Source: a virus
Taxonomy: Duplodnaviria > Heunggongvirae > Uroviricota > Caudoviricetes
Strand: one strand, 5' to 3'
Virus record (IMG/VR): IMGVR_UViG_3300043467_001216
Length of the DNA: 64,000 nt
Shown here: positions 42,754 through 52,123 of the stretch, in pieces
How the letters are laid out: each line of letters begins with the position of its first letter
Numbering within the stretch: the first letter of the stretch is position 1
Made by a program: the position numbers and the translations under genes
The notes under the pieces: generated by a model
Databases searched by the model: none
What the model was told of the DNA's origin: nothing
Seen by the model: the letters and a program-made list of their open reading frames with translations, nothing else

Positions 42754-43449
42754 ATGAGTTTAACAGGGAAAACAATTAACGAATTACCTTTATTAGAAAG
42801 TTATAGTGCCGGTACTTATATACCTGTATACTATTTAGGTGAGACTTATAAATCAACACAAAATAATTTACAACCAATAACAAAATGGAGAGCGTTATTA
42901 ACACAAACAGGTCCTCAAACATTTACAGGAAGTACTGACCCCAATTTATATGGTGGTTTAGTATTAAACGAGATTTATACTATAAATTCTTACACATCAG
43001 GTGATAATTTTTCAAATATCGCACAAGTGTTGTCAGGAGTTATCAACACAACAGGTTGTGTATTTAAAGTTACAGGTTCAACCTATACTGATTATTTTTT
43101 CCCAACGACTTGGGTTAGTTCTCAAATCACATCACAAGGTGATATGATTGTTAATGTTTTAGAAAACACATTAGGTTTTGATGTTATTGTGGAATATCCG
43201 GGATTTGGTGTGTTAAACGGTGTGGTTGTTTTTTATCCGGACTTACCAACAGGTGGTTTTTTACCTGATAGGAGTTTCATAAATGCTCAACCAACAATAC
43301 CTTATGATTTTTCACCAACAATACCTAACATATTAACAACTATTGATAGACAAATATTAGCTGGTGTTATGTATATTTTAGACCCAGGTTCAGGTCTTGT
43401 ATCAAATAACCTAAATAACACACCTGTAGAAATAATCGTTTATAAATAA
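42754..43449 (+). CDS. Putative virion/fibre-associated protein
   Basis: 'KTINELP' N-terminus, beta-rich; TATTTAT upstream. Confidence 0.6.
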   Translation: MSLTGKTINELPLLESYSAGTYIPVYYLGETYKSTQNNLQPITKWRALLTQTGPQTFTGSTDPNLYGGLVLNEIYTINSYTSGDNFSNIAQVLSGVINTTGCVFKVTGSTYTDYFFPTTWVSSQITSQGDMIVNVLENTLGFDVIVEYPGFGVLNGVVVFYPDLPTGGFLPDRSFINAQPTIPYDFSPTIPNILTTIDRQILAGVMYILDPGSGLVSNNLNNTPVEIIVYK

Positions 43450-43456
43450 AAAAATT

Positions 43457-43651
43457 ATGTTTAAAAAAATACAAAGAAATATAGACCAAAAATTTTTATT
43501 GTCGTTAGATGAAAATATATGGGTTGATAATATTAATGAAAGTAAAATGTTTAATATTGACGAATTTAAAAATATTATGAGTTTACTATTAAACACATAT
43601 CAAGAAAATGATTTAAAAATATACACATCTTTTAACCTAAGAAGAAATTGA
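43457..43651 (+). CDS. Small hypothetical protein
   Basis: 64-aa ORF with an A-rich leader, same strand as neighbours. Confidence 0.4.
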   Translation: MFKKIQRNIDQKFLLSLDENIWVDNINESKMFNIDEFKNIMSLLLNTYQENDLKIYTSFNLRRN

Positions 43652-43676
43652 CAATGACCCATTTTAATCATATACT
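43648..43676 (+). promoter_or_regulatory. Sigma70-type promoter upstream of the DNA polymerase
   Basis: TTGACA(43648-53)-N17-TATACT(43671-76). Confidence 0.7.
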
Positions 43677-43738
43677 TTATTTAGTAAGGTAAATGTCGTT
43701 TGGTTACGACAGCTAATGGACCATTTAAAATAAAGTAT

Positions 43739-46681
43739 ATGATTAGTGAAGAAGAAATCAAATCATTCCTAGAAGGGAATGACCCTGAAGAACATATCGT
43801 CGCTATAGAATTTGACTATGCGGGTGATTGTGTTTACAAAATCAAAGAGATTCCTGGGAAAGGAAAAGAAATCAAAAAAGATACGTTTACCGCATTTGCG
43901 TGGGTTGGAGATTTAAGAGGATTAAATTTTTATAACTCCTCTAAACACGAACAAAAAGCCGGTATGTCAAAACATAACATCATCATTGAGCGTTTAAGAA
44001 CTGAGAATGAAGATGGAACCCCCAATGAAAGATTAGAAGAAGGATTAAAGTATTTGGTTAAATCTTTAAAAGGTTACCGTTCATTAATTCAATTCTTCAA
44101 AGAAGGTGGATTAGAACCTTGGGGTGAAAAATCAAAAGATAGAATTATGATTCTACCACCGGTAGAACAATACTTAATTTCACGAGAAAAAAGATTATTT
44201 AAAGGATTCGAAGAATACAATGACCTTACGAGGTTTGGATTCGACTTAGAGACGACCGCATTAGAACCTAAAGACGGTCGTATCTTTATGATTGGAATAA
44301 AAACCAATAAAGGATTCAAGAAAGTAATCGAATGTCCTGATGATGATTCAGAACGTAGAGGTCTTGTGGAATTCTTCAATATTATTGATGAACTTAAACC
44401 AAGTATTATTGGTGGGTATAACTCAGCAAACTTCGATTGGTTTTGGATATTCGAAAGATGTAAAGCTCTTAATATTGATATTAAAAGAATCTGTAAGACA
44501 TTAAACCCTAAACACTCAATTAAACAATCTGAGAACTTATTAAAGTTAGCGAATGAGGTTGAGAGATACAACCAAGTTGGTATGTGGGGATATAATGTTA
44601 TTGATATCATCCACTCTGTTCGTAGAGCTCAAGCAATCAATTCAGGTATTAAATCTGCGGGTTTGAAGTATATTACCAAATATATTGATGCTGAAGCTAA
44701 AGACCGTGTATATATCGACCACTTAGATATCGGACCTTTCTATGCGAAGAAAGAAGAATATTGGTTAAATGTTGAGAACGGTAACTATAAAAAAGTTGGG
44801 TTTAGTGAAAAGATTGATGAGGTTTGTGAACGTCATCCTGATGTTTACATTAAAACAACAGGTGATGATTTAGTTGAGCGTTATCTTGACGATGACCTTG
44901 AGGAAACGTTATTGGTGGATGAGGAATTCAACCAAGGAACGTTTCTATTAGCATCCTTAGTTCCAACAACTTATGAACGTGTATCAACAATGGGAACCGC
45001 AACATTATGGAAGATGATTATGTTAGCGTGGTCTTATAAACACAAATTAGCAATCCCCAAGAAACAAGAGAAAAGGGACTTCGTAGGAGGACTTTCTCGT
45101 CTCTTAATGGTTGGTTATTCGAAAGACGTACTAAAACTCGATTACTCGTCTCTATATCCATCAATTCAGTTGGTTCACGATGTGTTCCCTGAGTGTGACG
45201 TTACAGGTGCGATGAAAGGAATGTTAGCATATTTCCGTAACTCTCGTATTATGTATAAAAACTTGGCGAAAGAATGGGAAAGTAAGGATAAAAAGACATC
45301 ACTTAAATTTGACCGTAAACAATTACCGATTAAGATTTTCATCAACTCCCTATTCGGTGCGTTATCCGCACCACAAGTATTCGCTTGGGGGGATATGGAT
45401 AAAGGTGAGAAGATTACTTGTACCGGTAGACAATACCTAAGACAAATGTTGTTGTTCTTTAGAAAACGTGGTTACACTCCACTTGTATGTGATACCGATG
45501 GTATGAACTTCTCATTACCTGAAGGTGGTGTTGACGATAGAAAATATGTTGGTAAAGGTCTGAATTGGTTAGTTAAAGAAGGTAAAGAATACACAGGGTA
45601 TGACGCTGATGTTGCTGAGTTTAATGATTTGTTTATGAGAGGTGCTATGGGTCTTGACTGTGATGGAACTTGGAAATCTTGTATCAACTTAGCAAGAAAG
45701 AACTACGCAACTATGGAACACAAAGGGAAAGTTAAATTAACAGGTAATACTATCAAATCTAAAAAGTTACCATTGTATATTGAGAAATTCTTAGACAAGG
45801 GGGTTAACCATTTGTTAGAAGGTCAAGGTAAAGAATTTGTTGAGTGGTATTATGAATACGTAACTAAAATATTTAACCAAGAAATCCCGTTGATGCAAAT
45901 TGCCCAACGAGCAAAAGTTAAATTATCAATTAAAGATTATTTAACAAGAACAACACAAAAGACTAAATCAGGTGGGTCAATGTCAAGAATGGCACATATG
46001 GAATTGGCAATTAAACATAATATGAACACTCAGTTAGGTGATGTTATCTATTATGTTAACAATGGTATTCGTCCGTCTCACGGTGATGTTCAAAAAGTTA
46101 ACAAACCAAAAAATGGTTGGAAACAAGAACAACTTGATTTGTTTAACACAAATAATGAAAGTTATAAAGAAATGGAAAAATTTCTACTTAAAAATGGTTG
46201 GGAAAAATCTTGGTCTGAAGATAACTGGGTTCGTAGTGACGCGAATAATAAAGAAGCTAACACAGGTGTCCCTACGGATGTTGCTTATAGATTCGCAAAC
46301 GGTGATACTATGGAGTCGGCGGTTAAGTTAAATTGTTACATACTAAACACATCAGATATCGAGAATAACCCTGATATGTTAGGTGAATATAATGTTCCGA
46401 GAGCTATAACAACATTTAATAAACGTATCGAACCGTTATTGATTGTTTTTAATGAAGATGTTAGAAAAAACTTATTAGTTACTGACCCTGAAGATAGAGG
46501 TTTCTTTACTACTGACCAATGTCAGTTAACTAATGGTCAACCGTTTAAACCTGAAGACCAAGACACTGTTGAGGATTTATTAACAATTACTGAGAAAGAA
46601 GTTGAATTTTGGAATAACATTAATGTTAGTCCTGATTACATTTATGATTTGGCTAGTGATGGTTATGAGGTGTTTGTATAA
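43739..46681 (+). CDS. polB: Family B DNA polymerase (likely ATG at 43739)
   Basis: ExoI DLETT, ExoII YNSANFD; motif A DYSSLYPS, motif B KIFINSLFG, motif C CDTDG; RKNY. Confidence 0.95.
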   Translation: MISEEEIKSFLEGNDPEEHIVAIEFDYAGDCVYKIKEIPGKGKEIKKDTFTAFAWVGDLRGLNFYNSSKHEQKAGMSKHNIIIERLRTENEDGTPNERLEEGLKYLVKSLKGYRSLIQFFKEGGLEPWGEKSKDRIMILPPVEQYLISREKRLFKGFEEYNDLTRFGFDLETTALEPKDGRIFMIGIKTNKGFKKVIECPDDDSERRGLVEFFNIIDELKPSIIGGYNSANFDWFWIFERCKALNIDIKRICKTLNPKHSIKQSENLLKLANEVERYNQVGMWGYNVIDIIHSVRRAQAINSGIKSAGLKYITKYIDAEAKDRVYIDHLDIGPFYAKKEEYWLNVENGNYKKVGFSEKIDEVCERHPDVYIKTTGDDLVERYLDDDLEETLLVDEEFNQGTFLLASLVPTTYERVSTMGTATLWKMIMLAWSYKHKLAIPKKQEKRDFVGGLSRLLMVGYSKDVLKLDYSSLYPSIQLVHDVFPECDVTGAMKGMLAYFRNSRIMYKNLAKEWESKDKKTSLKFDRKQLPIKIFINSLFGALSAPQVFAWGDMDKGEKITCTGRQYLRQMLLFFRKRGYTPLVCDTDGMNFSLPEGGVDDRKYVGKGLNWLVKEGKEYTGYDADVAEFNDLFMRGAMGLDCDGTWKSCINLARKNYATMEHKGKVKLTGNTIKSKKLPLYIEKFLDKGVNHLLEGQGKEFVEWYYEYVTKIFNQEIPLMQIAQRAKVKLSIKDYLTRTTQKTKSGGSMSRMAHMELAIKHNMNTQLGDVIYYVNNGIRPSHGDVQKVNKPKNGWKQEQLDLFNTNNESYKEMEKFLLKNGWEKSWSEDNWVRSDANNKEANTGVPTDVAYRFANGDTMESAVKLNCYILNTSDIENNPDMLGEYNVPRAITTFNKRIEPLLIVFNEDVRKNLLVTDPEDRGFFTTDQCQLTNGQPFKPEDQDTVEDLLTITEKEVEFWNNINVSPDYIYDLASDGYEVFV

Positions 46682-46682
46682 T

Positions 46683-46714
46683 TTCACAGAGGGAAGTCAA
46701 TTTCCCTCTGTGAA
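46683..46714. terminator. Bidirectional terminator hairpin between convergent genes
   Basis: Perfect 13-bp stem ttcacagagggaa/ttccctctgtgaa. Confidence 0.8.
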
Positions 46715-46719
46715 CTTAA

Positions 46720-47076
46720 CTAGTTCAGTTTCAATCCGTCAGACGACACAATATACCAAGTCCCCTCAATATGTAAGAACTCAACACAAGAACCTATTTC
46801 CATTAATATTTCGTCGTATTCTTCATCAATACTACCAACTAATGGTGATACTAATATTCTCGATAACGCTTTAATTCTGATATGATTAGTAGTGTTTGAA
46901 TCAAGTTGTAATCGACAATTTTCAACATCTTTAACAACTATAAAATATTCACCATCAGTTTTATAAACCTCATCTCTAACAATTCGGCTAATAGGATTAC
47001 CAATCCCTCTTAAATAATATTTTTCACTAATTCGTTTTTTGTCAGTATTTCTTGGATGTTCCATATTAAATAACAT
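46720..47076 (-). CDS. Hypothetical beta-rich protein
   Basis: Coupled to the neck gene; ends 'WYIVSSDGLK'. Confidence 0.7.
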   Translation of the reverse strand: MLFNMEHPRNTDKKRISEKYYLRGIGNPISRIVRDEVYKTDGEYFIVVKDVENCRLQLDSNTTNHIRIKALSRILVSPLVGSIDEEYDEILMEIGSCVEFLHIEGTWYIVSSDGLKLN

Positions 47077-48193
47077 AGATACCTCTCGGCATCGCTCTAA
47101 ATTTTAAATGTTTATTTAAATTTTCAGCTAGTAAAGCTTCACGTTCCATAACTTTATCAGGTTTTAATCTTGTTAATTTACCTTCAGCACCCGTTAACTC
47201 TTCAATTAATTTAGTTTTTTCATCTTTACCTTCAGTTGCTAAAGTTTGATAATCCATAGTTAATTCAGAATCAGGTGTTTTTAAGTTACCACTATATTTA
47301 CCTCTAACTTTTGATAAAGTTTCTTTACAAGACGCAACAAACCAACGTCTAACCCAAACTTGTGCTGGTTGATTTAAATCTGTCCAATTCATTTTATCGA
47401 AAGGTACGTCTGACGGTAATTTGATTATATCAGGATTATCTTTTAAACACTTGTCTCTATCATCAGGACCCGCATCATAATAATGATACCAAACTTTACC
47501 TCTCATCATTGTGGAATTACCAAAGTCAAATTTACCACCCGGTGTATTCATTAAATGTAATGCTTTTTTACCATCAGGTAATGCGGTTATCTTATAAGTT
47601 AATTCACCTGTTATAATCCTTCTTTGTATATTAATCTCTTGCATTCTCAATAACATATCGAATGCCGGCATTAATAAGAAACTACCACCTGTATTACCCA
47701 TTTGAGCGAGACCACCCCCACCACCAAGTCCACCACCGGCACCTAAAGCACCGAAAGACCAAGGGTCAAACATTGCGTTATTTAATTCTGCTGGTGAAAA
47801 CCACAAAATTTCATTAATTTCTCTATTAGCCGGAATTTCGTATATTTGTTGATTTCTTTGTAATTCAATATAATCTTTTTTCAATACCCAATCACCACCG
47901 GCTTGTAAACCAACTATCTTAGAATATGCGTACGTATATCTTGTTTCATAATCAATACTTTTAGTAACAAACGCTTTAGATAACGATTGAGTATCTAAGT
48001 TCAAATTATTTAAGGAAGTCCATTGTGATTCTGTTAACCAATTTTGGATTTGCTCCGAATAATCATCAATAGAGAATTCTAAAAGAGTGTCCATTTGTTC
48101 ATCATCTAATTCGACTGAACGTAATGGTGCTCCAAGTAAGTGCCTAACTTTACGATATAACTCACTTCTATGTGGTTCTGAAATTACTGCCAT
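47066..48193 (-). CDS. Neck/head-tail adaptor protein (T4 gp13-like)
   Basis: 'LLGAPLRSVELDDEQ' start and 'KETLSKVRGKY..L..EGK.E' C-terminus. Confidence 0.75.
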   Translation of the reverse strand: MAVISEPHRSELYRKVRHLLGAPLRSVELDDEQMDTLLEFSIDDYSEQIQNWLTESQWTSLNNLNLDTQSLSKAFVTKSIDYETRYTYAYSKIVGLQAGGDWVLKKDYIELQRNQQIYEIPANREINEILWFSPAELNNAMFDPWSFGALGAGGGLGGGGGLAQMGNTGGSFLLMPAFDMLLRMQEINIQRRIITGELTYKITALPDGKKALHLMNTPGGKFDFGNSTMMRGKVWYHYYDAGPDDRDKCLKDNPDIIKLPSDVPFDKMNWTDLNQPAQVWVRRWFVASCKETLSKVRGKYSGNLKTPDSELTMDYQTLATEGKDEKTKLIEELTGAEGKLTRLKPDKVMEREALLAENLNKHLKFRAMPRGIYVI

Positions 48194-48215
48194 GATAGTG
48201 TTTTCTATATAAATA

Positions 48216-49754
48216 TCAATCTACTGTGTAAATTAAATTGTTTTCAGGAAAAACAAAAGTTCCATTAACAATTTTAGAATCACTATTTTTAAAAACTAAA
48301 ATCTGTTCTTTACTGTTCGCAAAAATTAATAAGTCGGTATTATATTTTTTAACATTACCAGAACCAAAAACAGTAACAAAACCGTTGATATTTTTTGTGT
48401 AAGTAAATGGTTTGATTTGTGCGGTGTTGTTTACTCCGTCAATAATTATTTCACAATCAATACCACCAATCATATCTTCACGACTACCTAATTGACCTAC
48501 CTTAGTAACATTTTTTTCACCAAAAATTGGTTTTAATTTTTTAACCACCAAATCTTCTCTAACATCACCCCACTTATTAGTTTGGTTTAAGATTGACATT
48601 AAATTTAAAAATGTTGATGATTCAGTGTTGAATATTCTTTCTTTAAATTTATCAATGATACTAACAAATTTATCTGTTGCATTATTTTGTTCTGTTTTTG
48701 ATTTACCAATTAAATAAATTGGACTAATACCTTTCTTTTTTAGAACTGTATTAATATCGTTTAATAACACACAGAAACAACTGTAATTAGTGTTTAATTT
48801 ATTAATAACGGACCTACCTTGATTTTCTAAGTCATAAATACCTGACATTTCACCTTCACCATATTCATTAACTCCATAGTAGTTATCAGGAAATACTTCT
48901 TTAAGAATTCTATCTATTGATTGTTTGTAGATGTATTTTACAGTGGGGTTTGAATTAAAAACCTTTCTAATTTCTTCAGTAATAGAAGGACTACATTTTT
49001 CAGATTTTTGTTCCATAATTAATTGATTAATCCTAACACTTTCAGTTAACGTTTTATTAGTTTTCATTGAGTAAAGTTGGTTAACAAATTCCCAATTCAC
49101 ACACTTCCAAAAGTTTTTAATATACTCGTCTCTTTTGTTACGGTATTTTAAATAATAGGCGTGTTCCCATAAATCAAGCCCTAACAAAGGATAACCCCCA
49201 TTCTTAATGATATTCATTAATGGATTATCTTGATTTGGTGTCGTTATAATTTTTAATGTCTTATTACTTGATAAAACCAACCAAACCCATCCTGAACCAA
49301 ACCCATCTTTAGCAACTTCCTCAAATTTAGTTTTAAAATTCGCTAAAGTTTTAAATTGTGATATAATTTTTTTGTAAACTTCACCTGATGGTTTTTGTGT
49401 GGTTGGTGTTAACATCTTCCAAAACAACGCGTGGTTAAAAGCACCACCGGCATTGTTTCTAATTGTTTTATTGTACTTACCAATATTTTTAATAATATCC
49501 TCAAGTTCCAAATCACCGTATTTCCCTTTTGATAACGCTTTATTTAACTTCTCAACATATCCTTTATAATGTTTATTATAATGGTATGACATCGTTTCCG
49601 CATCAATAAATTGTTTTAAGGCAGTATAGGAGTATGGTAACTTTTCAATTCCAATTTTCTTCATTTCAGTTAAGAACAATTCTTTGTTTTTCTTAACTTC
49701 AATCTCATTTAGTTGTTTATTTATTATTTCAACTTTTTTTTCGATTACATTCAT
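48216..49754 (-). CDS. sod: Fe/Mn superoxide dismutase fused to a C-terminal PD-(D/E)xK-like domain (likely ATG at 49754)
   Basis: LPYSY, HYNKH, GGAFNHALFW, FGSGWVWL, NQDNP, DLWEHAYY; C-terminal 'REDLV..DMIGGID..TAQIKP'. Confidence 0.85.
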   Translation of the reverse strand: MNVIEKKVEIINKQLNEIEVKKNKELFLTEMKKIGIEKLPYSYTALKQFIDAETMSYHYNKHYKGYVEKLNKALSKGKYGDLELEDIIKNIGKYNKTIRNNAGGAFNHALFWKMLTPTTQKPSGEVYKKIISQFKTLANFKTKFEEVAKDGFGSGWVWLVLSSNKTLKIITTPNQDNPLMNIIKNGGYPLLGLDLWEHAYYLKYRNKRDEYIKNFWKCVNWEFVNQLYSMKTNKTLTESVRINQLIMEQKSEKCSPSITEEIRKVFNSNPTVKYIYKQSIDRILKEVFPDNYYGVNEYGEGEMSGIYDLENQGRSVINKLNTNYSCFCVLLNDINTVLKKKGISPIYLIGKSKTEQNNATDKFVSIIDKFKERIFNTESSTFLNLMSILNQTNKWGDVREDLVVKKLKPIFGEKNVTKVGQLGSREDMIGGIDCEIIIDGVNNTAQIKPFTYTKNINGFVTVFGSGNVKKYNTDLLIFANSKEQILVFKNSDSKIVNGTFVFPENNLIYTVD

Positions 49755-49795
49755 ATCGCTTATTTTATATAACATAAATAAGCGGAAGGGTTGAA

Positions 49796-51553
49796 TTATC
49801 TCCTTTGATTTATGAGATTCATCATCTGTTCTACAATGTCACCTTTCTCAATATTATCCCCCATTACCGTTTCAAAGATATTTTTCTTGTTTGTTAACAT
49901 ATCGTAAATTATACCCTCAATAGTGTTTTCAAATATTGGGTAATAAACTGATACGTTAGACTTTTGTCCGTATCTATACGCTCGGTCTTCAGCTTGTGAA
50001 TGGTCTGAAGGGACGAATGATAAGTCATTCATAATACAAGCCTCACCAGCGGTGAGAGTAATTCCAACACCCGCAGCTTTCAAGTTTCCAACAAACACTT
50101 TGATTTTTTCGTTCTCTTGGAATTGGTCCACAGCATATTGTCTTTGTGGTTTAGTACAAGAACCATCTAAATAAACTGATTGTTTACCAAAGTGTTCGTG
50201 TATCTTTCTCAAAGTATCAGTAAAGTTAGTAAAAATAATAACTTTCTTACCTTGTTCTATAATATTTTCGGCTAGTTCTATTGTTTGCTTTATTTTCTCT
50301 TCCGCAATTATCTGTCTAACTTTCATTAACCTACTAAACTGTATTGTTAATGATTTAGACTCTTCTTTTTTATTTTCATACCAATCATAGTATTCCCCAA
50401 CTTCTGTTTCGTATTCTTTCGATTTTAATCTAAGATAAACGGGGGTTATGATTTTATCAGGTAAATCTAATACATCCTCTTTCAATCTCCTCAACACCTG
50501 TCTTGATGTACGGTCTCTTAGTTCTTCTAAATTAGACGCCCCTGACACATTCCAAATTTTTCGTTTTCCCGCATTAAATTGGTAACCTTGACAGTATCTA
50601 ATAGCATAAGCCATCCAATTTTGTGCCACGGGACTTTCGATTATATTTAATAGATTAAAATAGTTCATCGGTCTTGAGGTCATAGGCGTTCCTGTTAATA
50701 ACCAAACTCGATTGATGTCTTTTGCAAAACTATTAATTAATTTTGTTCTCTGTGCCTGGGCGTTCTGTATATAGTGAGCCTCATCAATGATAACTAAATC
50801 AAAATTACTTTGGGTAATTAATGAATTTTGTTTATCTTTGAGGTCGTAAAAGTTTTTAATAATGTCGTAATTAACAATCACAAAATCGTGTTCCGTTGAG
50901 AAATTCTTACCTTCACAAATGTACACAGGTCTGTCAGAATAATTCTCAATTTCTCTTTGCCAATTTATCTTTAAAGTTGCGGGACAGATAATCAATATCT
51001 TTTTTGCATCTGTTTCTAACGCCGCTATAATTGTTGAAGTTGTTTTACCTAACCCCATATCATCTGCTAATATGTATCGTTTAGAACCCGCTAATGATTC
51101 GATTGCAATTTTCTGATGTTCTAATGGGGGTCGGTGAGAATACTTCGTGTAATCAACATTAATATCTTCAGTTCTATGAGTTTTTAATAACGCACCTTTT
51201 GGTAACCACAAATCACGAATAGTTTCACTTTCAAAAAACTTACCCCAAACATGATATGATTTATCTTTCTCAACCAATAATTTCTCAACCCACATTTCTT
51301 TTGGAATTTCAGTGAATAAATTATCGTTAGCAATTTTTTTTGCAAAGTAAGGGTCTAACTCAACCCATTTTTTTGCAACTTTTGGTTGTGTTTCTGAATA
51401 ATTGATAATATAATCTGATTGAGACCTAGTTGGGTAAAAGTTTTTATTTTTTTCTTTTTGATTTTTTAACTTAATTATATAGTTGTTTGCTCCTGAGTAT
51501 GATTCAAGTAACTTTATCGCTTTCTGTTCTATTGTAATTATTTTATCTTCCAA
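49796..51553 (-). CDS. SNF2-family helicase (SMARCAL1/HARP-like)
   Basis: DDMGLGKT, DEAH, LTGTP, RRLKEDV, GITLT, QAEDRAYRYGQ. Confidence 0.92.
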   Translation of the reverse strand: MEDKIITIEQKAIKLLESYSGANNYIIKLKNQKEKNKNFYPTRSQSDYIINYSETQPKVAKKWVELDPYFAKKIANDNLFTEIPKEMWVEKLLVEKDKSYHVWGKFFESETIRDLWLPKGALLKTHRTEDINVDYTKYSHRPPLEHQKIAIESLAGSKRYILADDMGLGKTTSTIIAALETDAKKILIICPATLKINWQREIENYSDRPVYICEGKNFSTEHDFVIVNYDIIKNFYDLKDKQNSLITQSNFDLVIIDEAHYIQNAQAQRTKLINSFAKDINRVWLLTGTPMTSRPMNYFNLLNIIESPVAQNWMAYAIRYCQGYQFNAGKRKIWNVSGASNLEELRDRTSRQVLRRLKEDVLDLPDKIITPVYLRLKSKEYETEVGEYYDWYENKKEESKSLTIQFSRLMKVRQIIAEEKIKQTIELAENIIEQGKKVIIFTNFTDTLRKIHEHFGKQSVYLDGSCTKPQRQYAVDQFQENEKIKVFVGNLKAAGVGITLTAGEACIMNDLSFVPSDHSQAEDRAYRYGQKSNVSVYYPIFENTIEGIIYDMLTNKKNIFETVMGDNIEKGDIVEQMMNLINQRR

Positions 51554-51600
51554 AACAATCTGTTTGTTATAAAATAATAAATATTATGATATTTATCAAT

Positions 51601-52116
51601 ATGTCTAACAATAGAATTCCAATAAATCGTTTAGGTAAATTCTTCGGTGGTGAAGATTATAACCTTGATATTAATATGGGTGAAGAGTGGTTACACGGTG
51701 ATATGAACTTTACACTAGTATTATATCGTATTGACCGAATTAAAACTAAAACTGATGATGTTTATGGTGAAACGGTTAGTGATGGTATTAAATTTTTATC
51801 ACCTGTCGAGTTTAAAGGTTATGTTCAAGTATTAGCACCTGAGAACAAAATGATTGGTAATTCTAAGATAGAGCAGTTTGAACCGGGTAATATTAAAGTA
51901 GGTGTTTACCAAAAACATTTAGATGAGTTAGGTATTGATATTGATTTTGGTGATTATATAGCATATTACGAAACTGAAGATGTTGTTAGATATTACACGG
52001 TTAATAATGATGGTAGGATTGTTTCTGACAACAAACATACTTATGGTGGTTACAAACCATTCTATCGTAGTATTGTGGCGTCACCTGTTACTAATAATGA
52101 ATTTAGAGGGTTATAA
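51601..52116 (+). CDS. Putative head-closure/neck protein (gp14-like position; likely ATG at 51601)
   Basis: 'DDVYGE', 'GDYI..YYTV'; synteny before the tail genes. Confidence 0.55.
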   Translation: MSNNRIPINRLGKFFGGEDYNLDINMGEEWLHGDMNFTLVLYRIDRIKTKTDDVYGETVSDGIKFLSPVEFKGYVQVLAPENKMIGNSKIEQFEPGNIKVGVYQKHLDELGIDIDFGDYIAYYETEDVVRYYTVNNDGRIVSDNKHTYGGYKPFYRSIVASPVTNNEFRGL

Positions 52117-52123
52117 ATAACAA

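Noticed and set aside
44089-46874. Short ORFs overlapping the DNA polymerase
   Set aside because: Antisense or out-of-frame overlaps with a well-supported gene and no motifs
43739-51553. Inteins or introns in the polymerase or helicase
   Set aside because: Motif spacing looks normal; no splice-junction or LAGLIDADG signatures seen
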